The notes under the pieces: generated by a model | The model's input: only the letters and a program-made list of their open reading frames with translations | The model's database searches: none | What the model was told of the DNA's origin: nothing | Part shown: piece after piece, positions 37,496-51,200 of the stretch | How positions within the stretch are numbered: the stretch's first letter is position 1 | How the letters are laid out: every line of letters starts with the position of its first letter | Position numbers and translations under genes: made by a program | Assembly (NCBI RefSeq): GCF_006345805.1 | Contig: NC_042999.1 | Location: 46,438,001 to 46,502,000, forward strand | Origin: Octopus sinensis | Taxonomy: Eukaryota | Length of the DNA stretch: 64,000 nucleotides | Direction of reading: 5' to 3'

Positions 37496-37578
37496 ATTCC
37501 TGATGAAGGGGACATGTGCATGTGAATCTAAATGATTCATACCTACTGACTACTGGAGTCCAGAAACAGCCGTCGAAT
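37496..37578 (+). ncRNA. Decayed hammerhead-like motif in a probable Penelope pLTR remnant
   Basis: ATTC-CTGATGA ... GGAC/GTCC ... GAAAC-AGCC-GTC-GAAT. Confidence 0.45.
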
Positions 37579-37972
37579 TGCTTCATATTGACGTTATAAC
37601 TCTCTATAAAACATTTTCTTCGGAACTCCTCTAAACTTTTAAATCCATAATTAGGATTTCCTACTACTAGCGATGCATTTTATATCTTTTAATCTTTATT
37701 TTGACGTCTTTTAACTTTAAATTTAAATTTACTATGATTTTTTAATCGATATAGTAACCTTTATTTATTTACCCTTTCCATGTACATTTTTACCTCACAT
37801 AACTCTTATTTCTTTTTAAATAATATATTAATATGTTCCTTGTCTTGCTATAATTCTATGTTATATCTATGTATGTATTTATGCATTTATTATGTTGATG
37901 TATATCATAAATATATTATGATTATCTAAATTTTTGTTTCTTCTTATATCAAGTTACATAATATATATATAT

Positions 37973-38058
37973 ATTTCGAGACGCATAAATTATAATAGTT
38001 ATATATATGTTTCGAGACGCATAAATTATAATAGTTATATATATGTTTCGAGACGCAT
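37973..38058. repeat. 36-bp tandem repeat (two full units plus a partial one)
   Basis: tttcgagacgcataaattataatagttatatatatg repeated. Confidence 0.85.
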
Positions 38059-38142
38059 AGTTATCGACAATTTTTTTGTTTCGGCATATTTGGCATTAGA
38101 ATTTTTCTTCTGCCCTTATCTTGTAAATTATATATAATATAT

Positions 38143-38174
<32 letters not shown>

Positions 38175-38241
38175 ATATATATTTATTTTATAGAAGGAGC
38201 TTCTACAGGACTAGAACTGTTTCATTCAAATGAAATCATCA

Positions 38242-38292
38242 GGCTTCCTGATGATTTCATTTGAATGAAACAGTTCTAGTCCTGTAGAAGCT
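38242..38292 (+). ncRNA. Type I hammerhead ribozyme motif inside a perfect hairpin (Penelope pLTR-like)
   Basis: Stem I GGCTTC/GAAGCT, core CTGATGA, stem II TTC/GAA, GAAA, stem III ACAG/CTGT, cleavage triplet GTA at 38284-38286. Confidence 0.75.
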
Positions 38293-38389
38293 CCTTCTAT
38301 AAAATAAATTAATTTACTCTGCTATGTATTGAGTACCTTATTTACTGTGGTTAACCCCGACTCAACCCGGGACCTACATATATATATAT

Positions 38390-38423
<34 letters not shown>

Positions 38424-38602
38424 ATACATACATTGCTGTGTTTGTGTGTGTGCATACTTATATGTATGAGTGTGCATGCTTATATGTTTGAGTTTTGAAA
38501 TGTGTGTGTACATATATAAATATTATTTCAATATCAATATAATACTGATTAATCGCATTGTAAAATAATAATCTGTACCCAAAACATCTAATGTGTTTTT
38601 AG

Positions 38603-38733
38603 GTTGCGTTCTACCAAAGATTCTCTTCTTGGTGATCCTGATGTATTCCTTGTGTATTTGGAAAGTTCTAAGGTAGCAAAGATGGAAAATACTGGACATT
38701 TTGTGCTACAAAGTTCTCATACTAGTTTGGGTG
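38603..38733 (+). CDS. INTU: Inturned exon (linker): (R)LRSTKDSLLGDPDVFLVYLESS...HTSLG
   Basis: gtgtttttAG acceptor and GTaagt donor. 131 nt open; phase 2/1 fits both neighbouring exons. Confidence 0.85.
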
Positions 38734-38851
38734 GTAAGTACTCTTACTGTTTCATTGGCTACGTCGTTACGCTTTGACCATACAGCAACACCACTTCCAT
38801 CGGTTTATATTATCGTTTCGTTTCTAACACTTATTTTCTTCTATATATTTT

Positions 38852-39082
38852 AAGGCGGCGAGCTGGCAGAATCGTTAGCATGCCGGGCGAAATGCTTAGC
38901 GGTATTTCGATTGCTGTTACGTTCTGAGTTCAAATTCCGCTGCGGTCGACTTTGCCTTTCATCCTTTCGAGGTCGATAAATTAAGTACCAGTTACGCACT
39001 TGGGTCGATGTAATCGACTTAATACCTTTGTCTGTCCTTGTTTGTTCCCTCTATGTTTAGCCCTCTATGGGCAATAAAAAAA
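38852..39082 (+). mobile_element. SINE family B copy with X tail
   Basis: aaggcggcgagctggcagaatcg...gagttcaaattcc...agccc..tatgggcaataaa. Confidence 0.85.
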
Positions 39083-39225
39083 GTTATTTTATTGGTTTCC
39101 ATTTCTTTGCTATTTAGTATACATTAAATAAATACATCACCAACAATTCCTACATATATATTCAAGGAATTTTCGCCTTTTCCGTTGGTCAAATTCCTCT
39201 TACGAAGAATTGGTTTACCTGAGAT

Positions 39226-39508
39226 CATGGGCCCGAGAACAGGGAGTGCAGGGGTTCGAGTGCACCCTATAAAATTTTTGTGGCGTGCAGAATCAAAATT
39301 TGCACCCCTACTTACTTTTCTCAGGTTTAGAAAAAGGTGAACAGACAGTGATCTGTAAAAAGTAGCTCGAAGTTAGATTTCTTCTAAAAAAACAAAAACA
39401 AAAAAAAACAAAGAAAAAATAAATAAATAAAGGCAGTAAGATCTTGTTTGTAAAATTTTTTGGACCTGGGTTTGGACCCGCCAAGCAAATTTCGTTCCTG
39501 AGCCAGTG
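39226..39508. mobile_element. hAT-type MITE
   Basis: 8-bp TSD CCTGAGAT at 39218-39225 and 39509-39516. Imperfect TIRs CATGGGCCCGAGAAC / CACTGGCTCAGGAAC. Confidence 0.8.
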
Positions 39509-40151
39509 CCTGAGATAGTTCTTGACTGTTGAGTCGAAAACTATCTGTTTATGATGCCAACCTCTTACCCAGTAACAAATGATTTATAAAGAAAATACAA
39601 TGATTAAATGAGATACGATGGTTGAGATGTTGGGTGTCTTAGGGAATGATATTTCTAATACAGCGAATGAATGGTTTGAGATTTCACTGGTTAGAGACAA
39701 AATAACATGTATCGAACACCATAGTGTAGAGTCAGAGCAATCTGCTCTGTGAGAGCGCAATATGAAGGTTGGTTTCCATACGTAACTATTCCAGCGGCAA
39801 GAAATATCAATCGATTTCCCCTAAAAATGATATATATAATCTAAAATATGAAGTCCTATTCCAATAAAAGATTCTATAGTCCCGATTAGAACACATTTGG
39901 CTATATATCTATGGTGTTGGTCTACTAACAACTACAAGAAAAACTAAGGGGTTTTTAGCTTTTAAAAGGTGATACTTCGGACGTCTTTTGAACGAAAAAA
40001 AGAGAATAACTCAGTCTAAATACATCGAGAAACATTTGACTCAAACGTGAGGTAGAGTTTATCAGGATGTATGACCTTAGAAATATGTACATCTTTTATA
40101 TCACATGTACGAATCATTTTGATAAGGCAGTTGTTGGTATAAAGAGATGAA

Positions 40152-40610
40152 CGGCGGCGAGCTGGCAGAAACGTTAGCACGCCGGGCGAAATGCGGCGGC
40201 GAGCTGGCAGAAACGTTAGCACGTCCGGCGAAATGCTTAGCGGTATTTCGGCTGCCGTTACGTTGTGAGTTCAAATTCCGCCGAGGTCGACTTTGCCTTT
40301 CATCCTTTCTGGGTCGATAAAATTTAAGTACCAGTTACGCACTGGGGTCGATATAATCGACTTAATACCTATGTCTGTCCTTGTTTGTCCCCTCTGTGTT
40401 TAGCCCCTTGTGGGTAATAAAGAAATAGGTATTTCGACTGCGTTACGTTGTGAGTTCAAATTCCGCCTCGGTCGACTTTGCCTTTCATCCTTTCGGGGTC
40501 GATAAATTAAGTACCAGTTACGCACTGGGGTCGATGTAATCGACTTAATACCTATGTCTGTCCTTGTTTGTCCGCTCTGTGTTTAGCCCCTTGTGGGTAA
40601 TAAAGAAATA
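40152..40610 (+). mobile_element. SINE family B nested pair with 16-bp target-site duplication
   Basis: Direct repeat ggtataaagagatgaa at 40136-40151 and 40611-40626. Inside: host head 40152-40194, full copy ~40195-40427, host remainder resuming at ggtatttcg (40428). Confidence 0.85.
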
Positions 40611-40822
40611 GGTATAAAGAGATGAATACCGTTAAAATAAACATCAGAGTTCAATGTCCAGTGATTTTGACCTTAAAAATGTATCGGTATGAAACGCACT
40701 GACAGATCGTGTACCTGTTATTGGTTTGTTTGTTCATAATAATTTTGTATCTAGTTTTAAGAGGTTCATATATCATAGATTTATTCCTTCAATGATAATC
40801 CTCATTTACCATATACTTTATA

Positions 40823-41725
40823 CTAGCAAACGTACCCGGTAATTCCCGGGAAAGCGGGGCTTATCCCTTGGTTCCATTCTCATAATTGTTTCACTAATCC
40901 AATAACAACAATACAAAGTATGTAGCCCTTAAAACGGATTTTGTGTATTTACAGAGAATTCCGAGCTGTCTTATACAGGATCTTGTTTTTAGGAATTCCC
41001 AATAAGCTATCAATACCCAAACTGTGAAGTCAGTTATGTAAAACATATGAAATTAGTTACCCGATAATAAGAATTCAAATAAAGGGCTTTAATGCGTTCT
41101 CAGAGTATACAGAACTTAGGAGGAAATACTAATAATGTATGTATACTAAAATCGTGAATCATGTTACGTAATAACAGGCTAATCAGATATGAGATAATAA
41201 CAATTCAAAGTAAATAACTCTGAAAATGGCTTTTGTGCCTTCCCAAAGAATATTACCCTCAGCGGCACTAGTTTTGGTATATTCGTGAATAAGTCACTAA
41301 CCGAAAGAAGTGGATCTATTGTTTAGGAAAATACTATTTACTTGTTTAAGGCGTGTACTGGATAAACTGCGAAAATAACTCTAACAGTTCAAATACTAAG
41401 AAATAAGCATACTGAATTTGATTTATACCAAATGATTTAAGAAAATGAATGGGTTATTTCCCTTGGCTATATATAAGAACCCCTCGAAGGGGCGAATGGG
41501 TTATTTCCCTTGGCTGTTAAAAGAAATTATATTAGATATATAAGGATCCCTTCCAGAGGTTCGATTATCGACTTTTTTTAACAATCTGAGTATGCCATGA
41601 GGCTTCCAGACATGAGTTCTACTCACGTGTCAAGTTTCATCAAAATCGATAAAACGATGTAGGAAGAGTTAGCTTGCAACTTCACAAACACACCCACAGA
41701 CAGAATTTCCCACATATGTAGCAGA
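40823..41725 (-). mobile_element. Non-autonomous Helitron, family 3
   Basis: a|ctag with hairpin cccggtaattcccggg at the left; A|TCTGCTACATATG start at the right. Confidence 0.75.
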
Positions 41726-41858
41726 TTTACTATGTTTTTCCTTATCAATTATGTAGTTTTTGTTTAAATTTAATCAACATTTTCAATCGAGGTGTTTTGT
41801 TAATTCAATAAGCTTGCCTTTAAATGATTACTTTGATAAATTATATTTTACTTTTTAG

Positions 41859-41971
41859 GTTCTGAAGACCATGTTCGCAATGATGGAAAATATCCAGAAA
41901 TGTCTACTCCTCTAGGAAGTCAGATGTCAGTCAATTCCAACGATTCTTTAGCAAGTGGCACTAACGACAAG
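41859..41971 (+). CDS. INTU: Inturned exon (Ser-rich linker): (G)SEDHVRNDGKYPEMSTPLGSQMSVNSNDSLASGTNDK
   Basis: tttactttttAG acceptor and GTaagt donor. 113 nt open; phase 1/0 fits the neighbours. Confidence 0.85.
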
Positions 41972-44900
41972 GTAAGTTATGGATGAACAGTTTTATCGTT
42001 CTAGTAAACAAAATAGTCGCTCATGTAATTTTAATCCTTAAAACTTCTAGAATATTATACTGGATAATCCATCTAAGCTTTGTAATTATGAACTGCCTAA
42101 CTTCATATGTCACTAGAGGAATATGTCTTTCGCTTGTTATTTTGATGACCTCTCAGTGAAGACTATCAATAATCTGTATACTATAATATCAGCTATATTT
42201 GTAATAGTGACCAAGTAAAATAGCCATCAGCGGTGGGTGCATGCTCTTGATCGATATAGCATGGAATATGTTGCTGCATATAAGCTGTCATAGACCCACA
42301 TACCTCTGTGCATATTGAAAATCAGATTGCGAGACAATTGACTAACTTTGCTTTGCAGTTGGGTACATGGGCACGTTCTGTAGCAACCTAAGAACAGTGG
42401 AACGTAACACTGCAAAGCAAACGTAACACTTATCAGTTATGCAGTTATAACACTGCTAAAAGAATTTGAGTTTTTCTCTCATTAGAGTGTATCCCATTGT
42501 TAATTTTCGCCGGAAACCAAATGATTAACAACAAAAAAAGAACATGTGTAATTCCGTGTAATATAGCAGTGTAAAATTGAATAGATGCTAAGAGTAGAAC
42601 AAGTGTCCCATTTTGTATAGCTCTTGCTACAGTTATACAAGATTTAAGTCTATATAAGTTTATGTTTCAATACTACAACCCATTTCAGTTAGTCAGTATT
42701 TCTAAATTAACACTAAACTGTTTGCTGTATTACATGAAAAACTTGTGTTTAACCCCTCCAGGATGTAGAAACATTTCTGAACAATTCTATTGATTTCTGG
42801 TTTGCTGAATCTTTCATTCTTTATTTCCTGACAAGGATAGTCTCCCGTTTTATAGAGAAACTATGATTAAATGCGATACGGTGGTTAAGATGACGGGTGT
42901 CGTAGGGAATGAATTCTGGAGGTAAATAATTAACTTTTCTGTAGAAACTACATTACTTTCAATAGGATGCAATGTTTGAAATAAACAAGTTCTTAATCGA
43001 CTTTTAGAGACAAAAAGTTAACTTCCACGTAAAAATAAGAGTATTAAAATGCCTGATGGTTGCGATTTTCATGATTTTAGATGTTACACCACCCATTATG
43101 CACTTTGTTGTCTAAAGGTTGATGTCATATAGTTTTCATTACTATAGAGTGACATTAGAGGTAGTAAACTTGTAGACAGATTTAAATTTATCTTACCATC
43201 TCTTATATTTAAATAGAGTGTCGATCGCTTTTGCAAAGCTGTAATTTGTATCAAATTAAGTTTATTTTATTCATTGGGGAATATTTAACGAAAAAGCGAT
43301 TTCTAACAGATGTTTATTTTTCTTCACTGCTCTCACATTCTCATGAAGATTTGCGTGTTTTGAACACCATACAAATGAAATTCTCCCTTAGCTGTTTTTA
43401 TCTACAACACTTGCTCCTGTTATTAATTCCCACCGGAAACCAGATAATTAACATAAAAAAGAACATGTGTAATTCCGTGTAATATAGCGGTGTCAAATAG
43501 AATAGGTGCTAAGAGTAGAACAAGTGTCACATTTTGTATAGCTCTTACTACAGTTTCAAGCTTTAAGTCGATATAAGTTTATGCTTCAATTCTACAACCC
43601 ATTCCTGTCAGTCAGTATTTCTAAATTAACACGAAACTGTTTGCTCTATTACATCAAAAACTTGTGTTTAGCTCCTTCTGGATGCAGAAACAATTCTGAA
43701 CAATTCTATTGATTTCTGGTTTGCTGCACTTTTCATTCTTTATTTCCTGACAAGGATAGCCTCCCGTACTGTTTTCCCAATATCTAAACATTTTGAAGAT
43801 TACAAATCTGTGTTCTTGATACGATGAAAATGAATATATTTACCAGTTTCGCCATGAACTCGTAACTCATATGTCATTTTATAAATATTCCCTATGTCAG
43901 AAGCATATATATTCTTGTTTGTCACTATTTTCTGTCTTCAAAAAACACTATTACTTAACTATGCTCTATTCTTGTTGGTTTCTTTATCTTATTTTATCGT
44001 TGTTTTTCATTTTATTTTCTCTTATTTATTTGGTCTCAATATAAAGATTTCCTTTCCACCTGCTTCTCTTTGCTTAAACATTTCCCCTTATTTTCTGTTC
44101 CTCATTTCATTGCTACACCTTGTGTTCAGTGTTGTATAGCAAGTTTCATTTATAGTCACCGTATATTAAAGGATTTTGACTCACGTTTTAGCTTAGCATC
44201 GCTTCATTAGTCTTCATTGACGAAGAAAATAGAAACATTTGTATATCGAAGTAAAGCGAAATAACCAGACAAACTGAGATTTTATATTTCTTTTGCCTTG
44301 CTATACATTCGAACTTGTACCACCTCTGCAAGTATTATGATGTAACGAAACATTTTTACGTAAGAATAGAATATATGGTTGTATATATATATATGATTAC
44401 GAAAAAGGATACGACTCGTATTTCGTTATATTCATATGAATTTATAAATAAATATTTATACAATTCTGTGTGCATGTTATAAAGCATCGTTCATAAAATA
44501 ACCACAAAACTTTCAGATGGCTACCGAGTATCGTGCTCTCAATCACCCTATGTTAAAGATATAAATATATAAAACATTTAGTATAAACTCAAGTAATACG
44601 TTTATGAATTGCTAAATTTAGCCTTGTTATTTGAAATATGATGTGTGTGTTACTTTATTTGGTATGTTTAGCATATCATTGCATGTAAAATTTTGTTTTC
44701 AATTCACTCGTGTAAATATGACAACACTTCCCAGCACATATGGAAAAAGGTTTCTTGTCATCTGCATCATCCAATATTTGTCTAATGTACACACCAACTT
44801 CTCGTTTTCTTTATATTTAAACACCACTTCAATGTCTTCTGCTAAACGAAATTTGTTAGCATTACACTCGTCGTTCTAAAAATCGTAACGACGTTCCACA

Positions 44901-46237
44901 AATGTTCTCAGATCTTATTGTTCCTATCCGTATTCTTTTACTAATACACATACAAAAAATACCAAAAAAAAAAAAAGAAACAAAAAGCGAAAACAAAAAC
45001 GCTTCCTTCTTGGAAGTATATATTATATGATTTATGTACAGGGGCAAATATCATTATCAGTAAGAATACCCTCTTGTCAAACTGAAAATTAACTACTAAG
45101 TCATTTTAATTTATTTTTGATCTTAACTCCCGAAAACAGCAACTACAAAATCATTTAAAAACATTACTATCATTGAGTTTTGATATCGGTGCAGTGATAT
45201 AAATTTATTATAACGACTTAGCAACTTTTCCATTACTTTATTCTATTGACTCCCTTAAGAATGAAAACGAAATTCAACTCCAGTATGATTTGAACTCAGT
45301 GCTTAAGGCGTTGTAACTAACTAAATGGCAAACTGTTCTAGTCAGCAATTTCTTATAATTCTACGAAAATCTATTTAAGGAATAAATTAACTACAATAAG
45401 TAAAATAGGAAATTGAAGGTGCCAGTTTAGTAAGCGATCTATTTGGGCATTTACGCATTAACGTGCAGAATAATCCTAATCGTAATCTAGAACTCTAGCC
45501 CTAACCCTAACCTTAAAAACCTAAACATCATACTAAGCCCTAACATAATCCTAACCCTAAAATGTTAGCCTAATCTGACCTAGATAAGTTCATTTCACAG
45601 AGTAGACTATGGATATTACAGAAGGCTGCAAGCTTAAGTAGGAGGAAACTAAAATACCTCATCACCCTCAGAGTCGAATTACAGTAATAGCTGCATGGTA
45701 TATTAGTAATAATATTGTCTAGAATAAAGAGGCTAATTTTCATCTGCATGACGCTAGCTTCAGGTTATAAATGGTATAATAATTACCTATAGTCACATCA
45801 GATAAACTGTCACTATGACAGCTAGAGAATCTGAAACATGCTAATTAGTGATAAAGTGATAAACCACATGTGTTTCGGTTTGATTCATAACCATTGATGA
45901 ATAATTTATTCCGTTAGAAAGCGTATATCCGAAATGGTGATGGTTGCAATAAGATGTTAATGATTCAAACACTGATATTTGTACAAATATCACCAACATT
46001 AAATTTGATATTTCTCTATCCGGGTTTTAATGACCCCCCCCCCAAAAAAAAACCCCCTCAAAAAACAAACTAACAGTAATATATTGGATCAATGAAAACT
46101 ATTTCTATCAGAAAATAATATAGGTGAAGGTGTGATAATATTCTCAATTAATTAAATCTAGAAAATACAGGACAAGTGGAAGCCTAAAAAAATTGGAATG
46201 GGAAAAAAGTGTTTTGTTACTTTCAAATGTAACAGTA

Positions 46238-47220
46238 CGAGGGGTGTTCATTAAAGATTTCCTATGACACAATTCCCGAGTACTCGGATGAAGGAAATTT
46301 GGCATAATTATTAGTACTTTTTTGCATAACCATCACCAATGGTGACACGCTTCTCCCATCCCTTTACGCTGCCATGAAAACCTCGTCTGTAGGAGTCGGT
46401 AGGTTGCGTCTGGAGCCAAGACTTTACCTCGGAAATAAGTTCATCATTCGAAAAGTGCTTTCCCTTCAAAAAAGACTTCATGGCTAGAAAGAGGTGGAAA
46501 GCATATGGTATGGTGCGAGGTCGAGAAAGTAAGAGGAATGAGGAAAGATTTCATATATAGCCGCAGAAGTGTTCTTCCATCTAGGCAACATGTGCAGTGT
46601 CAAATGCAGCGTTGTCTTGGAAGAGGTGGACTCCTTTGGTCAGCATGCCACGCCTCTCTGTTTTGATGGTGTCCCGTAATTCCTGTAGCAGAGGAGCATA
46701 ATATGCCCCGTTAATTGTGGAGCCCTTTGCTAGAAAATCCATCATCACTACTCTGTGTTGGTCCCAAAAGACTGTAAGCATCACCTTGCCTGCTGAAGGT
46801 TGGACACAGGCCTTCTTTGGAGGTGGTGTGTTATCATGCTTCGATTGGACTTTAGTCTCAGAATCATAGTGATGGGCCCATATTTAATCCTGTGTGATAA
46901 GTTTGCCAAAAAATTCCTCCTCGTTTTCTCGGCTCATTACCAAAAGAGTCTGAGAGCAATTGACTCGTTCCTGCTTCTGAAAAGTTGTGAGCACCAGGGA
47001 ATACATAGCACAGACAATTTCTGCATGTGCAAATGGTCGTGAATGATTTTTTCAACGGACCCTACATTTATCTTCAATTCTGGTTTCTAGTTGCCGAATA
47101 GATATGCGGCAGTTCTCCAAAATGGCGGCTTCCACTTTATGGATGATGTCGTCATCAATGGCAGAATGTGGTCGTTCAAGAATAGCACGTAGCTGACCTG
47201 ATATCTAGGCTTTCAAATAC
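46238..47220 (-). mobile_element. mariner (DD34D) transposase remnant with 3' TIR
   Basis: TA|CGAGGGGTGTTCA terminus; MLTVFWD, QDNA and a decayed YSPDLAP followed by FHLF..MKSFLKGKHF. Confidence 0.85.
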
Positions 47221-49479
47221 ATGTGCTTATCATGAGAAGAAGAACAATTAGGATAAATTCGAACTTGCTTAGTAATGTTGATAGAATACTACTGTCTATC
47301 CTACATCAGCTCGGAAGAATAGGAGATAAGTAGTTTGGTAGTTAGGGTGTTGCACTCACGATCGCGAGATTATGTGTTCGATTCCCGGACCGGGCAGTGT
47401 GTTGAGTTCTTGAATAAAACACTTCATTTCACGTAGCTCTGCGATAACTTCGACATGTGACGTGTGGCCTACTGTGCACCTGTGCAGTTAATATGGATTT
47501 GATGGAGAGAGAGAGAGAGTTAATTACTTTTCTAGATGTTGTAAATTTACTTTGCAATATTCCTAAGCTTCCGCTAACTTTTGTTTTGTACTTTTTTTGT
47601 ACTTCAATGAATAAAGAATAATATCGAGAGATGGTATTTACCCATACTTTAATGTGGATGTTCTATTAGGACAAGCTATACTGCGGTAGATACCATGAAA
47701 GAAACTCTCATATTCGCTTTTGGTTTAAAATGCACTTTTGTTTATCTCCCCTATTTATCTCTTATCTTCTCGCTTGCAATATCAACAAGAGTGTATTTTG
47801 CACGAAAACCAACATGATAGTTTTCCTCCTAGTATCTGCTGCAGTATAGTTTGTCCTAATAAAACATCCACGATTAAATATTACCACTAGGTATCAACAC
47901 TGCCTTTGTCGCTAACATATAAATAATGATATCACTTTCTGTGTTCTCATGTTTCCTAATGTGACAAAACTAAAAACTATAAATAAAAACGCACATTTAA
48001 GCAGGGGCTTAGAAATATTGCAAGTGAATTAATTTGTTAAGGTTCATATTATAATAAAAATGTAAATTCTAAAAGTTGACTAAAGGTAAATAATAAAAAA
48101 ATGCCAGTGAGAAACCCGGGATGAAGGAAAAAAATTCCAATAAAACAGCTGCAGCTGACTTGAATGACGCCACTCAGAAAGCAGTACAATAAATATTAGT
48201 CGAGCAGTTTGAGGCAGAATAAGTTTTGATTATATTTATCTTCTAGAGAAATACTTTGAGCATACCGCAAATCATGGATAATCGCTAGATGAGCTTGACG
48301 ATCCCATGACGAACCACGCCCCAGGTGGCCAGTTAGAGCATACCACAAGTCTTCACAACGATCAAGCCCCGGATGCTCTTGGCGCTACCATGAATAACCA
48401 AGTATCAGATGGCCATCTTGGTTGGACGTCGGTACTTGCGGTCTCTTTAGCCTAGTTTTTTGCTGCTGTTGCCGCATTCATACATGTTGGTTAGCAGGGG
48501 AAAGATAGAAAAATGAGAAGAGCAGCAAATATTTATGTAAAAATTTTTTAAATTTAGCAAACAGAAACAAAAAAAAATGTTTATAAAAGGTATACAATTT
48601 AAAACAAAAACATTTTTGAATTGATTTATTACATTGGTGTTCATATGCAAATAATCATTTTAAAAATCATTTAAATAAAATAATAAATGTACTTTCATAT
48701 AATACATTTGGCAATGATAAATTTAGTTTAATTAATTTATCAAATTTTGATATATTTCCATATCATTTTGAGTATTATTTAGTTATTTGTAATTTTGAAT
48801 AATTAATTATACTTGAATAAATAATTATTTCATTGTGATGTAAATTAAAATTTTGGTTTAAACGAAAACATGTCTAAACATTTCGGGACTAGCGCTTCCT
48901 ATGGGACATTAAATAATATTTTTCGAAATATATTCCACGGAAGTCGACTTTGCTTTTCATCCTTTCGGGGTCGATAAATTAAGTACCAGTTGCGTACTGG
49001 GGTTGATCTAATCGACTGGCCCTTTCCCCAAAATTTAGAGTAGAAAAGAAAAAAAAAGAAAGAATATTTTTCTAAATATATATTTAAAACTTTATTTGCC
49101 ACCATTTTGGTTTTGATATTGTTTATTTCGCCTCTGTTTCATATAAAATATATAACATAAATTCAAATTTACAAACGGAATACAACCTAAAAGACAGATT
49201 GATAATAATTATAAATACATGCTTAAATAAATAATAAAGCGAGAAAACTTCGCCCTCCATGTGGTTTGAACTCACAATAGCAGCATACACCTCGACTTGC
49301 GAAAAAATTAAAGGAAGTGCTGTCGATAGGTACTGCGCGGAAACCGATTGTGTGCTACCGGGAAATTCACATTATAAAATTTAATTTGAATAATATCTAT
49401 AAACACACACAAACATGCTGTTTCTTTATTACCCACGAGGGGCTACACAGAGGGGACACTACAAACATGCATGCATGCT

Positions 49480-50071
49480 TACTTTGCTTGTGACGACCAA
49501 TCAAAGGAGATGACAGCGTCGTTCCTGGACATTCATCATCCTCTACCTCCAGCACATTGTTTTTTATGAGAGCAGATACGAAATAGGCAGATCATGTGGC
49601 AATGACGACACTACAAGGGACCCCAAACAACAGCCTCAGGGGGTTGATGTCGATGTCTCCTCTCTTCATGCGGTCTTTGTGTTCGGATTCGATGCACTCT
49701 ATTCCAGCATCTCACACGGATTTCTATGCCTTCCGATTAACAGCTATGGGCTCCAAGCGATTAAGAGGGTCACCGCTTAAAATGGGAAAGCACTTGAGAT
49801 GATCCTGAAAACGAAGTGTCGGATGTCTATGAGTCCTACCTCGAGTCGCTGAAGAAGCTATCTTTGGGAACCGCTTACCCGACATCAGAATCACACGGCC
49901 AATATAGCGAGGAAAACGACGAAGGACGCAGGTATCAATGCTGTAGATCTCAACACTCAGGAGGATTTCGATATGAGGCACCTTGTCCGACCACGAGAGA
50001 CCGAGGATACTTTGGAACGATATGATATGGAACGCTTCTAGTTGTCTGATCTGGTGCCAATAAAAGCCCTT

Positions 50072-50072
<1 letters not shown>
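49480..50072 (-). mobile_element. RTE-clade LINE 3' remnant
   Basis: HQIRQLEAFHI..FQSILGLSW.DKVPH.EIL...GR...RFQD pattern typical of the RTE post-RT region. Confidence 0.75.
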
Positions 50073-50103
<31 letters not shown>

Positions 50104-51200
50104 TGTATGTATGTATGTATGTATGTATGTATGTATGTATGTATGTATGTATGTGTGTCCACACACACGCCAATGTATATTACAAACATGCACACACATA
50201 TAGATCTTTAGTAATCAACCACAAGTGATGACATTTTTTTGTTTTGTTCTATTAATTTAATTTCGTTCAATATTATAGAATTATACAAAATATTTTCTAA
50301 AAATAAGAAATATTGTAGATTAAAGATGAATTTGTACCTTACACTAACTTAAATTTCATTACATTTTGTTCCATAAGCTTTTGTTACTGCAGTAATTCTG
50401 GCGAAGTTTACAGAGTTATATTTCTATCTTGTATTAAGGAGTAAGTGAAACAAAAATAATGAAGAAATAAGAAGCTACAGTACTAAGAAGTTACATCTAT
50501 GCAGTCATTGCTTTCCCATTTTGATCGTAACTATTTCATACCCAACAAATTCTCTAGAATATTTCGAAATGGAGTGAAGTACTGTTCCTTAGCTACGGGA
50601 TTTAGAAGTGATCTCGAAAAAGTCAATGTTGACATTAAAGATATTATTCATTCGCTGCCGTAGGGAAATTATCTCTTTGCATATAAACGTTAACCTCATA
50701 TCAAGTGACACTGCAGCAAAACAATAGTTACAGAATTCTGAAAAGCGTTTTACCTGGAGATTACACATAGAAAAAGATACAGGCTGCAGGCTGGTTTCAA
50801 GAGTTTTTCATAGCTATTTGAAATTATGTTCCGCACCAGTATTTATCAGACATACCGAAAGGTTAGATATTTTTTAGTGTTTAGTTTGACTGGATGGAAA
50901 AAAATATACATAACCATGTCGGACAATTAACATTTATTGTGTGCATTTTTGTAGCTCTGTGTCTTTAGGCAAGACTGCTAATGGTTTTTCGCTTGAGGTA
51001 TAATGACTTATGTAGGACTCCAGTTTATTCACTTCCTATAATCAATAGGAATTAACCTCCATCACATATACTCACCTAAACGATTTTTAAGTCAGCAATC
51101 ATGTCCTGAATCACAAATCCGAATTGAACTAACATTTCATACGCCCGATTTTTGTTTTCTAACATTTTATTCTTTAATATGTTCTTTTTCGTAATTGTAG

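Noticed and set aside
48270-48450. GC-richer patch with a QEHPG-like peptide on - (gypsy integrase-like)
   Set aside because: The motif is too short and broken to support an LTR-element call.
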